DNA of 64,000 bases, taken from Gnetum montanum (Eukaryota; Plantae; Gnetophyta). The stretch lies in the NCBI GenBank assembly GCA_015680685.1, contig MNCI01001992.1, positions 18,751 to 82,750 on the forward strand, read 5' to 3'. Both the position numbers and the translations under genes were made by a program. A model generated the notes under the pieces. The model saw only the letters and a program-made list of their open reading frames with translations. It was not told the origin of the DNA and made no database searches. How positions within the stretch are numbered: position 1 is the first letter of the stretch; each line of letters starts with the position of its first letter. Of the stretch, positions 61,789 through 64,000 are shown one piece after another.

Positions 61789-61866
61789 ATTTACATCTGA
61801 TGTAAAGATAAAAAGCATTTCTGTCATTGGCGGGAGTGGAGGAGCAAGCCCTTCAAAAATGAAAGC
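61789..61866 (+). CDS. PITHD1: PITH domain-containing protein 1, coding exon 4; later exons lie beyond the window
   Basis: TGCAG|(P)FTSDVKIKSISVIGGSGGASPSKMK(A)|GTAAGT, phase 2/2, in frame with exon 3. Confidence 0.95.
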
Positions 61867-62142
61867 GTAAGTTGCTGTTTTGACATTACGCCAGTTATAA
61901 AATAAATGAACATAAATATTGATTTCTGTTTTATTTTCAGTATAAAATAACAAGAATAAAGACTGTTTATGTTGTAAAGCATTTGTACATAATTTAATGA
62001 ATTCATATTTTGCAACTATTAGAATGAACAGATATCGCTTTTTATTGAAGCTGGTTATTGGTACTTATGTTTTGCTTGTATAATTAAATAATAAGAGGGT
62101 TTTGTTATAACTGGCATGCAATGATAGTTTTGTTGTAACAAA

Positions 62143-62270
62143 TCATCATCATCCTAGCCTTGTCCCAACAAACTAGGATCACCTACATGAGTTCTCTTTT
62201 ACTATTTTCTTCTATTAAGGACTATATCCTTATCTATCTGCAATTTTTTCATTTTATTTTCATATCTCTT
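62143..62270 (-). mobile_element. Short RTE 3' end; a smaller one lies at about 63281-63325
   Basis: (ATC)n + CTAGCCTTGTCCCAACAAA matches the terminus of the 53.5 kb RTE. Confidence 0.7.
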
Positions 62271-63711
62271 TTACTTGCACATGAAATTTGCGTCAAATAA
62301 CTTAAAGTTGTAGTTCAAACAATATAATTATTTGCCCTATAAAATTGTCATATAAACTTACACTATAAAAAAACATCATCCCTGAATACATTGACAGGGT
62401 TGTTATGATGATAGTATAATATTAGTTCCGGTTTGAGTTTTACAAGCACACAATATTTCTTTCATGTATGTTCAATATACAAATGCTGGTGTAGTAGTAA
62501 TGAAATTTTTTCTCCGCATTTAATATGTTCAGAATTGATAAGTTAGGTCCAATGTGCAAATCCTGAACTTCTAAGATTCTCGGTAAAGTTTCTTTTACTT
62601 GGATTAGAATTAAGTATGATATCAATACCTAATAGTTAACTATAAATTTTATACCCAATGCAAGAGAGCCTAAACACCTTTTAAATAAACATTACAACTG
62701 TATTTTCATTGTCCTGTTAAATAAGAGGTAACTAGTTCGAGTAATACTTAAGGTATCATTGTACTTCCCTATTAATGCCGCCATTGGTGCTTGGTCAATT
62801 TGTAGAGTCTATCTTTATTTTTCATGAAAATTTAATATCTGTCTAATAGATCCTATGGGTCTTTGGATGTAATAAAACTTCATTTCATTTCATTTTTATC
62901 TGATTTGTCACACCATTTTATTGAGTGATGAACTATCCATTTAAAGAATCTTGAAACATTTATACTTCATGTTGATAGATATAGAGGAAAATTTTCCGTA
63001 CAAGTATTTGTTTACAATATATAAGTGCTTACAGTTGCTGTGATTTATTTTGAAATTAATGGTAATTTTTACTAGAAGAAAGAACCTTCTGTTCTATATA
63101 AATACAAGCACTTAATATGAATATTGGAGAAAAAAAGGAAATGAAACTGATTTCTAGTTTGCTAGGAAAGCTTGTGATTTGTATTGAACAAGTTACACTG
63201 AGATATACAAGAATCATATAAAGGGAAATGGCTGAAATTGAATACCATCCAACTAATTGATAACATCTATCTATCTATCTATCATCATCATTGTAGCCTT
63301 GTCCCAACAAAATGGGTCAGCTATCATAACATCTATATATGGGCATAATAAAATACATTAGTTTCAGTTCTAGTATGGGCTTATCAAGCTATGCTTTTCA
63401 ATGGGGAATTCTGAGTTCAGCAAGACCAGCTGCACAAAAATGAATTTTGCTTCAATGGATATGAAAGTAATCATATAGTTTCTTTGAAAATACATTGAAG
63501 AGATTATGAACAATTTGAGTGAGAGATGCATACGAGGGTGTTGAGGTTATGGGCTTATGGCCTTTGCTTGGGCAAGAAAACTTAAAGGAAAATTGCTCTT
63601 TGCCTATTAAAAATTGTAACAAAAACTTGCTAGAGACCCTAAAGTACAGCAGATTATTGAAACAATGCATAATGTTTTAAAAATCCTTGCAGAACTTTAA
63701 ATAGGGACTAT

Positions 63712-63865
63712 CATTTGAAGTGATGTTAAGGGGCTTGTTTCTCAAGTTGGACGACATAGGTTTGAGCCAGAGTACAACCGCTTGAAAAGAGGTTAGGTTT
63801 TTGCTCATTCACTGACCTTGTCTTGGGACCCTGCTTGGTGGGATAAGCATTGAGGCTTCAGGTGT
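63712..63865 (+). mobile_element. Au-like SINE, most complete copy
   Basis: GCTTGTTTCTCAAG...GGTTTGAGCC...GAAAAGAGGTTAGG...GACCTT...GGACCCTGCTTGGTGGGA; the 3' part resembles the Au SINE GACCCT...GGACCCTGC...GCGGGA block. Confidence 0.65.
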
Positions 63866-64000
63866 ATCAAAGTGGTACAGCAGAAGGTTAGGAGGAACAA
63901 ATTGGAATGGCCTAGGATTGGTGGCAAATGGCCTTGGGATGAAGCATAGGTTTCAGAATTCTCAGGGCTATCGATTGATGTTTCATGATGCAATGACAGG

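Noticed and set aside
61867-64000. PITH exon 5 (expected FINR.GIDFSDA)
   Set aside because: No matching sequence found by eye; presumed to lie beyond the window.

Overview
Eukaryotic, AT-rich, transposon-dominated DNA from a large-genome land plant (species cannot be identified from sequence). Positions 1-10717 hold two nested, oppositely oriented, decayed Athila-like Ty3/gypsy elements. A conventional L1 LINE follows at about 11517-17314. From 19156 a host PITH-domain gene (PITHD1-like) begins on the + strand: four small coding exons (84, 81, 50, 78 nt) separated by introns of 6.2, 11.0 and 25.2 kb, and the gene continues past the window end. The introns contain LINEs, RTE 3' ends, Au-like SINEs and local duplications. 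The main observation is a group of at least eight intronic L1-clade LINE copies or fragments in which ORF2 does not stop after the zf-RVT domain. It reads on into a plant-mobile-domain/Transposase_32-like domain, a charged coiled coil and a C-terminal DnaJ-type J-domain (intact HPDK at 35818-35829; HPN, HPK, HLD and YLD in decayed copies). A retrotransposon carrying its own Hsp70 co-chaperone module is not an architecture I know of, but novelty needs a database check. All translations were made by hand through stops and frameshifts.
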